Source: Bacillota bacterium (GTDB taxonomy: Bacteria > Bacillota > Desulfitobacteriia > Desulfitobacteriales > JAJXUE01). Taken from it: a DNA stretch of 64,000 nt. How positions within the stretch are numbered: the first letter of the stretch is position 1; every line of letters starts with the position of its first letter. The stretch spans positions 1,963-65,962 of the forward strand of contig JAJZPO010000004.1 in the NCBI GenBank assembly GCA_021811155.1, in the 5' to 3' direction. The position numbers and the translations under genes were made by a program. The notes below the pieces were generated by a model. The model had not been told where the DNA came from. It saw nothing but the letters and a program-made list of their open reading frames with translations, and did not search any database. Positions 47,078 through 56,211 of this stretch are shown piece by piece.

Positions 47078-47204
47078 CCCCACGAAATTTCATCCTGAAA
47101 AACAATCCCAAGAATTTCGCGGGGATAAGGAAGCGAGCATTCGTGCCAAATTGGGGTCCCCACGAAATTAAGTCCCAAGAGAAGTGCACCGGAATTTCGT
47201 GGGG
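47078..47204. repeat. Two tandem 80-nt-period hairpin units with 12-bp CCCCACGAAATT stems
   Basis: Unit 1: CCCCACGAAATT (47078-47089) pairs with AATTTCGCGGGG (47113-47124), one mismatch. Unit 2: CCCCACGAAATT (47158-47169) pairs with AATTTCGTGGGG (47193-47204), perfect. Both loops are 23 nt and contain TCCCAAG. Confidence 0.85.
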
Positions 47205-47260
47205 TAATCGGAAGGGCGCTCGCCGAGCATGCTAACGGCTCCTCCGTAATGCTTCTCTGC

Positions 47261-47352
47261 GCAGAAAGAAAATTCACCCTTGAGCTTACCGGCCTGTTTC
47301 ATTCAGCAGTGGTGCCGCATAGCGGCATGGAAGTCTGAGTTCTGACTCCAGA
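47261..47352. repeat. Conserved ~90-nt intergenic element, copy 2 (paralog of 8624-8718)
   Basis: 76 of 84 aligned positions identical to copy 1. Abuts the yggU stop codon. Confidence 0.8.
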
Positions 47353-47658
47353 TTAATCCAACAAGGTCTGCAGTTTTGCCCGTATCTGCTCAAGGGTCAT
47401 ACCGGATACCTCCAGGGTTTTGCTGCGGGAAGTCTCTCCGCTGCTGATGCGCAAATTGCTTTTGGCAGTCCCTAACAAGGCGGCGAAGAACTTGATACAG
47501 GCCGCGTTGGCCTCACCGTCCACAGGCGGGGAGGTTAGCCTGACCTTAAGTGCGCCCTCCATCACCCCGGCCAATTCGTTTTTGGCAGCCCGGGGCTGGA
47601 CTCTTATTCTGAACTGCACTCCCGTCTTAGCTTCTTTAAGTTCAAAAGTTGCCGACAT
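47353..47658 (-). CDS. yggU: DUF167/UPF0235 protein (YggU family)
   Basis: IRVQPRAAKNELAGV...LKVRLTSPPVDGEANAA pattern. Preferred ATG 47658. Confidence 0.8.
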   Translation of the reverse strand: MSATFELKEAKTGVQFRIRVQPRAAKNELAGVMEGALKVRLTSPPVDGEANAACIKFFAALLGTAKSNLRISSGETSRSKTLEVSGMTLEQIRAKLQTLLD

Positions 47659-47738
47659 CCTAACACAAGACCCCCAAAAACGAGCCAATAGAAAATCAAA
47701 CAGGTCGAATCCAGACCGTAACCGGGTAACTCAAAAAC

Positions 47739-47769
47739 GAGTCAATCGAGAACCGTCCCCGAGTGACTC
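47739..47769. repeat. Hairpin with conserved 12-nt loop core, copy 2
   Basis: GAGTCA-atcg-AGAACCGTCCCC-gag-TGACTC. Confidence 0.75.
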
Positions 47770-47815
47770 ACGGACATGCACTCGGACCTCGGGCCTCGGA
47801 CATCGGACCTCTGTG

Positions 47816-48319
47816 TCAGACGGCCTTCGGACCGGCCAGGGGCTTGTCGGGGGCGGAGTTGTCCGCCTTTTCCAGAGTTTCGGCTATCTTCAGGTGGGTG
47901 AGCAGGAAAGTCCTGAACTGGCTGCGGCAGGCGTCGTATTGGCGGCGAAGATCCTCGTATTCGAACAGCATCTTATCCACCTTTTGCCTGGCCTCCGCCA
48001 ACAGGCTCTCGGCGTGGGAGCGGGCTTTTTCGACGATTAGCTCCGCTTCGCGGTTGGCATTATGGCGCACATCTTCTGAAGTTTGCTGGGCCAGGACCAT
48101 GGTGTTGTGGAGGGTGCTTTCAATCTGCCTGTACTGTTCCAGGGTCCGGTTAGCCTGTTCCATCTTCTCTTTTAGTTCGTAATTCTCTTTGAACAGGAGT
48201 TCGTAATCCTGGGAGACTACCTCCAGAAACCTGTCCACTTCGAGCGAATTATAGCCCCGGACTGCCTTGCGAAACTCCCTGTTCACAATGTCCATCGGTG
48301 TCAAATGCAAACCACTCAC
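47816..48319 (-). CDS. divIVA: Cell-division/polarity protein DivIVA
   Basis: LTPMDIVNREFRKAVRGYN N-terminus and coiled-coil body. Confidence 0.9.
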   Translation of the reverse strand: MSGLHLTPMDIVNREFRKAVRGYNSLEVDRFLEVVSQDYELLFKENYELKEKMEQANRTLEQYRQIESTLHNTMVLAQQTSEDVRHNANREAELIVEKARSHAESLLAEARQKVDKMLFEYEDLRRQYDACRSQFRTFLLTHLKIAETLEKADNSAPDKPLAGPKAV

Positions 48320-48485
48320 CCCGTCTTCATGTTGTCCCTACTAAACCGGCTGACCCTGAGCCAAAAGTCGCCGAAAAACCCTTCCAATCGACGTTGGCTA
48401 ACACGTTTAGAATCCGCTCTGCTCCCAAAACGACCTTTTTCGCTAAGATAAAAGAACCGCCCCCTCGTCCTAGCCGGCCTTTCGT

Positions 48486-48516
48486 TAGGACGTTCAGAAC
48501 CGTCCCCGGCGTCCTA
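48486..48516. repeat. Hairpin with conserved 12-nt loop core, copy 3 (different stem)
   Basis: TAGGACG-ttc-AGAACCGTCCCC-gg-CGTCCTA, overlapping the ylmH stop codon. A degenerate direct copy AGAACCGCCCCC-t-CGTCCTAG lies at 48453-48473. Confidence 0.7.
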
Positions 48517-49302
48517 GACAAGGCGGTGCAGGGTCAACGGCGTGCGGCCTTTTTTAGTTTGGCCGCGTATCTCTGCAACCGTCACCCGTCCCAGGCCGCG
48601 GCAGGAAATCACATCACCCTGTTTAATCTGGAAACTTAGTTCTGTAACGGGACGCCAGTTAACCTTCACCTTCCCTGCCTCTATTTCCGCCGCGATTTTG
48701 CTGCGGGAAAGGCTGAAGCCCTCTCCGGCCACTGCATCCAGGCGGAGGGATGGCACAGTGGCGGTGATCTCTTTGAGTTTTTCCTGCGGCAGGACCGGTT
48801 CATCCTCCCCTGCCTGGCGCACCCGCACAGGCGTTTTACCCACCCGGGCCAGGTTTTGCGCCACGTAGCCTGAGATGCTCTCGTCCAGTGCCACCCAGGC
48901 CCGGTCAGGCAGGCAGATAATATCTCCAAGCTTTTCCCGTTTCAACCCCAGTCCTAACAAAGAACCCAGGTAGTCCCGGTGGCTGAGGCTTTGAAATTCG
49001 GAACCGGTTTCCAGTATCAGTACGGCAATACCGGCATCCTGAGGCTGCAATTCCCTGAATGCCGGACCCAGCGCGAGCTTGCGCCTTTCCGCAGTGGGAA
49101 AGCCGCCCCAGTCCAGGAACTGAAGGTCCATCCCCCGTACAATTCCCTTTGCCAGGTCCAGGTGGTAGGGGTCCAGAAAATCGCCGCTCTCCACACTATG
49201 GCGCCTTAGTACGTTTTCGGCCTTATCTAAAACTTTGACCAGGGCCTGTCTGGCGTCCTGGTCCCCAATGTGCGGCAAAAGTTTTTCCCGGTTAAAGTTC
49301 AC
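48514..49302 (-). CDS. ylmH: YlmH-like S4-domain RNA-binding protein
   Basis: 262 aa. The position between yggT and divIVA and the C-terminal S4-like region fit YlmH. Confidence 0.85.
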   Translation of the reverse strand: MNFNREKLLPHIGDQDARQALVKVLDKAENVLRRHSVESGDFLDPYHLDLAKGIVRGMDLQFLDWGGFPTAERRKLALGPAFRELQPQDAGIAVLILETGSEFQSLSHRDYLGSLLGLGLKREKLGDIICLPDRAWVALDESISGYVAQNLARVGKTPVRVRQAGEDEPVLPQEKLKEITATVPSLRLDAVAGEGFSLSRSKIAAEIEAGKVKVNWRPVTELSFQIKQGDVISCRGLGRVTVAEIRGQTKKGRTPLTLHRLV

Positions 49303-49583
49303 TAAAACATTCTCCCTGCTAACCCTAACAAGCTGTATAACACCGGCCGGACCAGATACTGCAGCAGGAGCAACACAATTAACGGCGAAAAATCAATGCC
49401 AAAACCGCCGGCGTTTAAAGAGAAACGGCGGAAAGGCCTGAGCATTGGTTCCGTCGTTTCGTACACGAAGCGAAAAATGGAATTATACGGGTCGTGCGGA
49501 ATGAATGACAGAATGATGCGCGCAAAAATCAATAGTTGCAGCACATATAGCGCAGTATCAATTATATTGGCAATTACTAACAT
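49302..49583 (-). CDS. yggT: YggT/YlmG family membrane protein
   Basis: 93 aa, two TM helices. ARIILSFIPHDPYN motif. Confidence 0.85.
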   Translation of the reverse strand: MLVIANIIDTALYVLQLLIFARIILSFIPHDPYNSIFRFVYETTEPMLRPFRRFSLNAGGFGIDFSPLIVLLLLQYLVRPVLYSLLGLAGRMF

Positions 49584-49596
49584 TCGCAGCCCCCGT

Positions 49597-50052
49597 TTAC
49601 TTTTGACCTATAACAGACCAGAGCAGTCCCTTTTCATTCAGAACGTCTTCTTTGGCTTCTCCCGCGATATCCACATTGTTGGGCACGAACAGGAAAATCC
49701 CGTTGCCAACCTTTTGCATGCTTCCGTTCAGGGCATAGGTGGTGCCGGAGACAAAATCCACAATGCGCTTAGCCAGGCTTTTTTCCGCTGCTTCCAAATT
49801 GACTATGACCGGTCTGCGGTTCTTCAACTGGTCGGCGATGCCTTGTGCCTCATCAAAGGATTTTGGTTCCATGATCATAACTTTCATCTGTTTCTGGCTG
49901 TGGATGCTGAAAACCTGAGCACCCTTGCGCTGGCGAGGTTCTTCCGCCCTTTCCGCCTCTTTTTCAACTTCCTCTTCGATGATTTCCTCTTCAGTTATTT
50001 CGTCCTCAAAACCCATCATGCTCATGACCCTATCCATGAATTTTTTGCCCAC
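49597..50052 (-). CDS. sepF: Cell division protein SepF
   Basis: Acidic linker followed by MEPKSFDEAQGIADQLKNRRPVIVNL. Confidence 0.9.
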   Translation of the reverse strand: MGKKFMDRVMSMMGFEDEITEEEIIEEEVEKEAERAEEPRQRKGAQVFSIHSQKQMKVMIMEPKSFDEAQGIADQLKNRRPVIVNLEAAEKSLAKRIVDFVSGTTYALNGSMQKVGNGIFLFVPNNVDIAGEAKEDVLNEKGLLWSVIGQK

Positions 50053-50071
50053 GGACTATACCCCCTTTTTA

Positions 50072-50755
50072 TTAATTTCTGGGACCGAAAATTCCGCTCC
50101 CAATCCGCACCAAATTTGCCCCTTCTTCTACCGCAACCTCATAGTCATTGCTCATTCCCATGGACAGCCAGCGAATCTCCAGAGAGGGGAATCTGACCTT
50201 AACCCGCTGCGCCATTTCCGCCAGTCCCCTGAACACCGGTCGGGTTTCTTCCGGATCAGGCGCCAGCGGAGCCATGGTCATCAACCCCTGGATTGACAGT
50301 CCGGGATAAGACGCAATTTCCGCCACAAAATCCATGACCTCTTCCGGTGCGAGCCCATACTTGGTGTCCTCGCGCGAGATGTTGACCTGGAGCAGGACCG
50401 GAATTACCAGTCCCGTGGGCTGGGCAGCGCCCGAAAGTTCCCGGGCCAGGTTAAGCCGGTCGAGGGAATGAACCAGACTGGCCCGGCCAATTACTTGCTT
50501 AACCTTGTTGGTCTGCAGGTGGCCAATCAGGTGCCAGGTGACCCAGTCGTTGAAATAGGGCTGCTTGCGCACCAACTCCTGCACCCGGTTTTCTCCGAAG
50601 TCCTGAATCCCGGCTGTCAGGGCGTCTTGCATTGCCTCAGGTTCTACTGTCTTTGTTACGGCTACCAGTTTAATGCCCGCAGGGTCTCTGTTTACCCGGG
50701 CCGCGGCCTCCGCTATTTTCTGCCTGACCGCAAGGATGTTCTCTGAAATTGACAC
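50072..50755 (-). CDS. yggS: YggS/YlmE PLP-homeostasis protein
   Basis: LVAVTKT (PLP lysine) ... HLIGHLQTNKV ... SMGMSNDY. Confidence 0.9.
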   Translation of the reverse strand: MSISENILAVRQKIAEAAARVNRDPAGIKLVAVTKTVEPEAMQDALTAGIQDFGENRVQELVRKQPYFNDWVTWHLIGHLQTNKVKQVIGRASLVHSLDRLNLARELSGAAQPTGLVIPVLLQVNISREDTKYGLAPEEVMDFVAEIASYPGLSIQGLMTMAPLAPDPEETRPVFRGLAEMAQRVKVRFPSLEIRWLSMGMSNDYEVAVEEGANLVRIGSGIFGPRN

Positions 50756-50858
50756 ACCTAGACCTCCACAGACACAAACAACCTTAATTGAAGCGAATTC
50801 TACGCTCTACCTAGAAAATCCTGCCTGGTTTATGGTTTTAATGGAAAAAAATATATCC

Positions 50859-51800
50859 TCAGTAGACGATGTTGACCACCTGTCCGTCTTTCACATAAGC
50901 CGGGGTTGTGATTACAGCATCCCCATTTTTCAGCCCGCTTACACAGACTTTGTCCCCTGATTGCGCCAAAACCTGTACAGGCTGCCAGGAAACCACACCG
51001 TCCTTAACCCGGAACACGCCTTTCCCCCCCTGCCTCTCCAAGAGCGCAGACACCGGAATAACTTCACCTTTAGCCGGCTTTTTGTCCAGCAGGCTAACCT
51101 TAAGATACCTTTTCCCCAGGGACTGGGGCAAAAATGTATTCAAGGCTGCGGCCACACCGTCAGCAGGCCCGGTTTTGCCGATTTTGACAACCTTGGCATT
51201 GTATTTTTGCCCGCCCAGTTCCACAGCAACACTGTCACCTACAGCCAGCACCACCCCATCCTGGGGCTGGTTAAACACCAGGTAGGTCGGCAGCAGGTTG
51301 TCCACTACCTTGAAGACCGCCTGCCCGCTCTGAACCGTATCCCCCGGAGGCGGGGAAGGCTTCAAATCCTTAAATTTCGCCATGTCCCATTCCAGCAGGT
51401 TCTTCGGGGTCAACACTCCTTCCAGACCGTCCACCCGGTAGCTGATCAAACCTGAACCGGGGTTAGCAAGGCTCAGGCTTGTCCCCTGGGAAAGGATACG
51501 GGCTATCAGGCTCCCCTTGGCCGCTCTGTCTCCTTCAACTATAACCTTGTCGATTTTGCCGGCCGCAGCGGTGGTAACAACCGTTTCAGAATTGACCACC
51601 AGGGCGTCAACCTCACGGGGGACTGCCAGGCTTCCCTCCTGGGCGGTAACTACCTGAACCTGGCGGGAAATAATTATGTGTTGGGCCCAGAGGATTCCAC
51701 CGCCTGCTATGGCCAGCAGCAAAGCAGCCACCGCCAGCCGGAACAGAGTCCGTCTGATAAAACGCGCCGTTTTGCTCCGTCTCTTCTTTTCTTCCGCCAT
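50859..51800 (-). CDS. HlyD-like membrane-fusion/adaptor family protein
   Basis: N-terminal TM anchor, then a beta-rich barrel-sandwich-like sequence. Family call from overall pattern only. Confidence 0.6.
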   Translation of the reverse strand: MAEEKKRRSKTARFIRRTLFRLAVAALLLAIAGGGILWAQHIIISRQVQVVTAQEGSLAVPREVDALVVNSETVVTTAAAGKIDKVIVEGDRAAKGSLIARILSQGTSLSLANPGSGLISYRVDGLEGVLTPKNLLEWDMAKFKDLKPSPPPGDTVQSGQAVFKVVDNLLPTYLVFNQPQDGVVLAVGDSVAVELGGQKYNAKVVKIGKTGPADGVAAALNTFLPQSLGKRYLKVSLLDKKPAKGEVIPVSALLERQGGKGVFRVKDGVVSWQPVQVLAQSGDKVCVSGLKNGDAVITTPAYVKDGQVVNIVY

Positions 51801-51818
51801 CTCTTTCTCCTGTTGCTC

Positions 51819-53189
51819 TTAAGCAGGCGAGTCTTCCGTCTTTTGCGGCACCCGGATCTTGAATACCGTTCCGCGCCCAAGCTCCGACTCTACCTGCAGT
51901 GTGCCTTTGGCTTGTTCCACAATGTGTTTGACAATTGACAGGCCAAGACCCGTCCCTCCCATTTCCCGGGAGCGAGCCTTGTCCACCCGGTAAAAGCGTT
52001 CAAATATCCTGGCTAAGCTCTCCCGCGGGATTCCCTGCCCGGTATCACCCACCCGGATCAAGATGCCTTCCCCGTCTTCTTCCACCTCAAGCCACACCTT
52101 GCCCCCGGGCGGGGTGTATTTTATGCCGTTTTCCATCAGATTCAAGAAAACCTGGCTTAAAAGTTCTTCCCCCATCCCGACCCTGGGCAGGTCTTCCGGC
52201 GCTTCCACCCTGAGTTCTATGTTCTTGGCCCGGGCCAGTGGTATCAGGACCTGTGCCACCTTGTCATAGGCGCCGGCTGCCGAGGCAGCTCCGTCCCCGC
52301 TCCTTTGTTTGTTTTCCAGGTGTGACAGTGTGAGCAGGTCTTCAATCAACCGCTGCAAACGGCCGGTCTCATCATGGATGATGTGCAGGAAACGTTCCCG
52401 CACCCCAGGGTCCTCGTCAGCCCCGTCCAAGAGGGTCTCCACGAATCCTTTAATGGAAGTCAGAGGGGTGCGCAGCTCATGCGAGACGTTAGCCACAAAT
52501 TCAGTCCGTATCTGCTCCAGCCGGCGTATTTCCGTAATGTCCTGAAACACCGCCACAGCGCCCTGCACCACCTGGGAGGAAACCACCGGGCTCATCAACA
52601 CGCGCAGAACCCTCCCGGCCAGACTGAACTCATACTGGGTTGACTCGCCCTTCTCCAAAACCCTGAGCAGCCGTATCCCCAACTCATGATCCCTGACCAG
52701 GTTGGTAAGATACTGTCCCTTGACCTCGGCCTCACCGGCCCCGAACATCATCCCGGCCGCCCGGTTCAGGAGCACAATCCGGCCGATGTGGTCCAGGGCC
52801 ACCACCCCCTCCAGCATGCCCGTGAGGATGGCCATCATTTTATTGCTCTCTTGGGATACTTCCCTAATCGTGCTCTGCAGTTTGCGCGTAACCAGATAAA
52901 TATTTTCCCCCAGCTCACCCAGTTCGTCCCCGACGTCAGGGAATCCCTTGGGTAACTCGGAAATCAAGGACTTGGTCCCCAGGTTCAGCTCATCAATCCG
53001 TTTGCTGAAACCCCTGGCAATAAAATAGACCAAAGGAGCTGTCAGGACCAGTGCGGTAAGAAAAATACCTGCCAAGCCGGGCCCTGCGGGACCCTTTAAA
53101 TTCACGCTAATCCCTACACCGGCCAGGAAAAAGGCCAGCGCCGAGATCATTAGATACATGCCGGTGAGCTTCCACTTCAGTCTGATCAC
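51819..53189 (-). CDS. Sensor histidine kinase (2 TM, HAMP, PAS, HisKA, HATPase_c)
   Basis: H-box SHELRTPLTSI. N and G boxes (NLMENGIKYT, GDTGQGIP, GGTGLGLSIV). Confidence 0.9.
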   Translation of the reverse strand: MIRLKWKLTGMYLMISALAFFLAGVGISVNLKGPAGPGLAGIFLTALVLTAPLVYFIARGFSKRIDELNLGTKSLISELPKGFPDVGDELGELGENIYLVTRKLQSTIREVSQESNKMMAILTGMLEGVVALDHIGRIVLLNRAAGMMFGAGEAEVKGQYLTNLVRDHELGIRLLRVLEKGESTQYEFSLAGRVLRVLMSPVVSSQVVQGAVAVFQDITEIRRLEQIRTEFVANVSHELRTPLTSIKGFVETLLDGADEDPGVRERFLHIIHDETGRLQRLIEDLLTLSHLENKQRSGDGAASAAGAYDKVAQVLIPLARAKNIELRVEAPEDLPRVGMGEELLSQVFLNLMENGIKYTPPGGKVWLEVEEDGEGILIRVGDTGQGIPRESLARIFERFYRVDKARSREMGGTGLGLSIVKHIVEQAKGTLQVESELGRGTVFKIRVPQKTEDSPA

Positions 53190-53875
53190 TGTTCACGCCC
53201 CGTCTGTCTGAAGCGGTAGCCCGCGCCCCGAATGGTCTCAATGTAGGATGGATTAGCCGGGTCCGGCTCGATTTTCTGCCGCAGGTGCCTGATATGTACG
53301 TCAACAGTCCGGGTATCCCCGCTGAACTCATAGCCCCAGATCCTGTCCAAGAGGTAATCGCGGGAAAAGACCTTGCCTGGATTTGAGGCCAAAAATTTTA
53401 ACAGGTCCAGTTCCTTCGGGGTCAGGTCCAGGGTTTTCCCCGCCCTGGTCACTTCAAAGCGTTCCGCATCGATTACCAAATCCCCAACAGCAATGCCTTT
53501 GGCATTTCCCCCATAGCGGCGCAGCCGCGCCTTCACCCTGGCCACCAGTTCACGGGGGCTAAAAGGCTTGGTCAGGTAGTCGTCCGCACATTCCAGACCC
53601 GTGACCTTGTCGCTTTCCTCCGCCCTGGCTGTCAAGAGGATCACCGGGATGTCGCGCAGCTTGGGGCTTTGACGCATGATACGGCATACCTCCAGCCCGT
53701 CCATGCCAGGCAGCATGATATCCAGGACCACCAGCTCCGGCATCAGGCTGTGGCTTATCTCCAGGGCTTGTCCGCCGTCAGCGGCCAGCACAACCTCAAA
53801 GCCCTCTTTTTCCAGGTTGAAGCGAAGCAGTTCCCGGATTGGTTCTTCATCGTCCACTACCAGTATCTGGGTCAC
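53186..53875 (-). CDS. OmpR-family response regulator
   Basis: ILVVDDEEP...VLDIMLPGMDG receiver plus a winged-helix C-terminus. Preferred GTG 53875. Confidence 0.9.
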   Translation of the reverse strand: MTQILVVDDEEPIRELLRFNLEKEGFEVVLAADGGQALEISHSLMPELVVLDIMLPGMDGLEVCRIMRQSPKLRDIPVILLTARAEESDKVTGLECADDYLTKPFSPRELVARVKARLRRYGGNAKGIAVGDLVIDAERFEVTRAGKTLDLTPKELDLLKFLASNPGKVFSRDYLLDRIWGYEFSGDTRTVDVHIRHLRQKIEPDPANPSYIETIRGAGYRFRQTGREQ

Positions 53876-53886
53876 TCCAGTCCCCC

Positions 53887-54708
53887 CTAAATGAGTCTGA
53901 TTATCGCTGCCAGGCGTCCGGTTACACCCTTTTCTCCCCGGTAGGAAAAAAGCATGTCCTGGTTGCAGCGGGTACACATGCCGCTCACTGCAATATTCTC
54001 TGCCGGAACTCCGGCCTCAATCAAACTCTGCCGGTTGGCCTCCCACAGGTCGAGGTTCCAGTGCCCTGGGCCCTTTTCCTCCACCAGGTCCTGCCAGTAA
54101 GAAAATGAACTTTTTACCTTTTCCACCACAGGCTTATCCACCTCATAGCAGCACGGCCCAATCGAAGGCCCAATTCCCACCAGGCAGTCCGCCGGATTGC
54201 TGCCGAACTCCCGCGCCATCGCTTCCACGGTCCGCCGCCCGACCTCCAGTACAGTTCCCTGCCAGCCCGCGTGGGCTACCCCCACCGCTTTCTGCCCGGG
54301 GTCGTAAATCAGGAGCGGTACGCAGTCAGCGAAAAAAGCCATCAAGGCTACCTTATCCCGTGTAATCATAGCGTCCGTACCCGGGAAAGACCCGGTCAGG
54401 TCCAGTGCACCCGCCCCCGCCCGGGAAGCTGTGACCACCTGTACCCGGTCGGCATGGACCTGTTCCGCCGTGACCGGTTCCCCCGCATCAATCCCCAGGG
54501 CGGAGCAGAAGCGCCGCCTGTTTTCTTTGACCGCCCCCGCTTCATCACCTGTATGAAAACCCAGGTTTAAGCTGGCAAAAGGAGGGGAGCTTACACCGCC
54601 ATGGCGGGATGAAAAGGCATGTAAAACCCCGCCCTGTTCGGTAAAATTTTGCACCGTAAAGTAGATTATATCCCCCTGTTTGTTTATTTTGAAACCACCC
54701 TGGGACAT
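53887..54708 (-). CDS. pgeF: YfiH/YlmD (PgeF) laccase-domain protein
   Basis: HAFSSRHGGVS...AEQVH...ADCVP...HAGWQG...CT motifs. Confidence 0.85.
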   Translation of the reverse strand: MSQGGFKINKQGDIIYFTVQNFTEQGGVLHAFSSRHGGVSSPPFASLNLGFHTGDEAGAVKENRRRFCSALGIDAGEPVTAEQVHADRVQVVTASRAGAGALDLTGSFPGTDAMITRDKVALMAFFADCVPLLIYDPGQKAVGVAHAGWQGTVLEVGRRTVEAMAREFGSNPADCLVGIGPSIGPCCYEVDKPVVEKVKSSFSYWQDLVEEKGPGHWNLDLWEANRQSLIEAGVPAENIAVSGMCTRCNQDMLFSYRGEKGVTGRLAAIIRLI

Positions 54709-54848
54709 AGGTCTTTCCCCTTTCCGCTGCCTGACAAATCATGTTGTCTTTGTCCTAATAGTATTCAAACAAAGGGGAGGAATTACCTGCCTCAGGAACA
54801 GGCGCCGGTAAAAAAATCAAGCTATCCAAGAGATAGCCCGGCTCAAGT

Positions 54849-55118
54849 TCAGTCTTCACGTTGTTTAGCTGATTCAACGTATGTAGCAGCATCTACCAGA
54901 ATTACATCAACGCCTATCTTCTTTATCTTATCCCAGGGAATGACTATGTCATCGCTTCTTGAGCCAAACCAGCTAAGAAACCTGCCCTGGCCCGGGAGTA
55001 TCAGAGCCCTGATTCTGCCCATTTCCAGATCGATGTCTATGTCCTTTAAGAAACCCAGGCGGCGCCCATCGGAAACATTGACCACATCCCTCAGCCGCAT
55101 GTCTGAAATCCGCAACAC
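54849..55118 (-). CDS. ylmC: YlmC/YmxH PRC-barrel sporulation protein
   Basis: 89 aa. MLRISDMRLRDVVNVSDGRRLG... is typical of the family. Confidence 0.8.
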   Translation of the reverse strand: MLRISDMRLRDVVNVSDGRRLGFLKDIDIDLEMGRIRALILPGQGRFLSWFGSRSDDIVIPWDKIKKIGVDVILVDAATYVESAKQRED

Positions 55119-55185
55119 TCTGCCTCCACCTCCTTTTACTCCCCCTAAAAGTATATGTCTGGGTGGGGTCAGATGTGTTAGAAAG

Positions 55186-55959
55186 TTAGACGTGCTTCTT
55201 CATATGGTTCAGCGCCGCCTTCTCCAGACGGGAAACCTGAGCCTGAGAAATTCCGATCTCTTCAGCCACTTCCATCTGGGTCTTGCCCTCAAAAAAGCGC
55301 AGGGACAAAATCAGTTTTTCTCTTTCGCTCAATTTGCGCAGTGCTTCCCGGACCGCTATTCCCTCCAGCCAGTTGGCGTCAAGGTTTTTTTCATCCCCGA
55401 TCTGGTCCATGACAAAAATCGGGTCACCGCCGTCGTGGTAAATCGGCTCGAACAGGGAAATAGGCTCCTGTATCGCATCCAGGGCAAAAATAATTTCCTC
55501 CCGCGGCACGTTTAGTTCTGCGGCGATTTCATTGATGGACGGCTCCCGCGAATGGCGGTTCACCAAAGCGTCTCTCACCTGCAGAGCCTTGTAGGCGATA
55601 TCCCGCAAAGAACGGCTCACCCGGATGGGGTTATTGTCTCTCAGGTAGCGCCGGATTTCCCCGATAATCATCGGCACCGCATAAGTGGAAAACTTGACAT
55701 TTTGGCTCAAATCAAAATTATCAATGGCTTTCATCAGGCCGATACAGCCAACCTGGAACAAATCATCCACGTATTCGCCCCGGTTGGTAAAACGTTGAAT
55801 CACGCTCAAGACCAGCCTCAGATTGCCATTGATAAGTTTATCCCTGGCGGAACGGTCCCCGCTTTGCAGGATCAGAAACAATTCCCGCATCTTTGCATTA
55901 GTCAGCACCGGAAGTTTGGACGTGTTGACTCCGCAAATTTCTACCTTGTTGATCATCAT
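55186..55959 (-). CDS. sigG: Sporulation sigma factor SigG
   Basis: NKVEICGVNTSKLPVL...NGNLRLVLSVIQRF.NRGEYVDDLFQVGCIGLMK is nearly identical in pattern to Bacillus SigG. Confidence 0.95.
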   Translation of the reverse strand: MMINKVEICGVNTSKLPVLTNAKMRELFLILQSGDRSARDKLINGNLRLVLSVIQRFTNRGEYVDDLFQVGCIGLMKAIDNFDLSQNVKFSTYAVPMIIGEIRRYLRDNNPIRVSRSLRDIAYKALQVRDALVNRHSREPSINEIAAELNVPREEIIFALDAIQEPISLFEPIYHDGGDPIFVMDQIGDEKNLDANWLEGIAVREALRKLSEREKLILSLRFFEGKTQMEVAEEIGISQAQVSRLEKAALNHMKKHV

Positions 55960-56211
55960 TCCGGGGTTCCCTCCAGTTGCACTATACCCTTTTTGTGTAC
56001 AGGAAGATTATTCCCTTCGACATGATGTTTTATTCGAAATGACGCTTTGGCAAGGCACCCTCAAACTGCCCAAACCACTCCCAACTATAGTAGTCTAAAC
56101 TCAACCTAAACTAAGTAAAACTGGTTGACCTCAGCCCAGCAGCCAGCTAAACTAGAAGAAACACAACTGTTGGGCTCTTTATGCCTTAAACCTGCTGACA
56201 GGAGGAACCTT

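Noticed and set aside
46974-47277. Short ORFs 46974..47171 (+), 46995..47189 (-) and 47023..47277 (-)
   Set aside because: They are mutually overlapping, lack RBSs and are spanned by the tandem hairpin repeats. The repeat structure explains the open frames.
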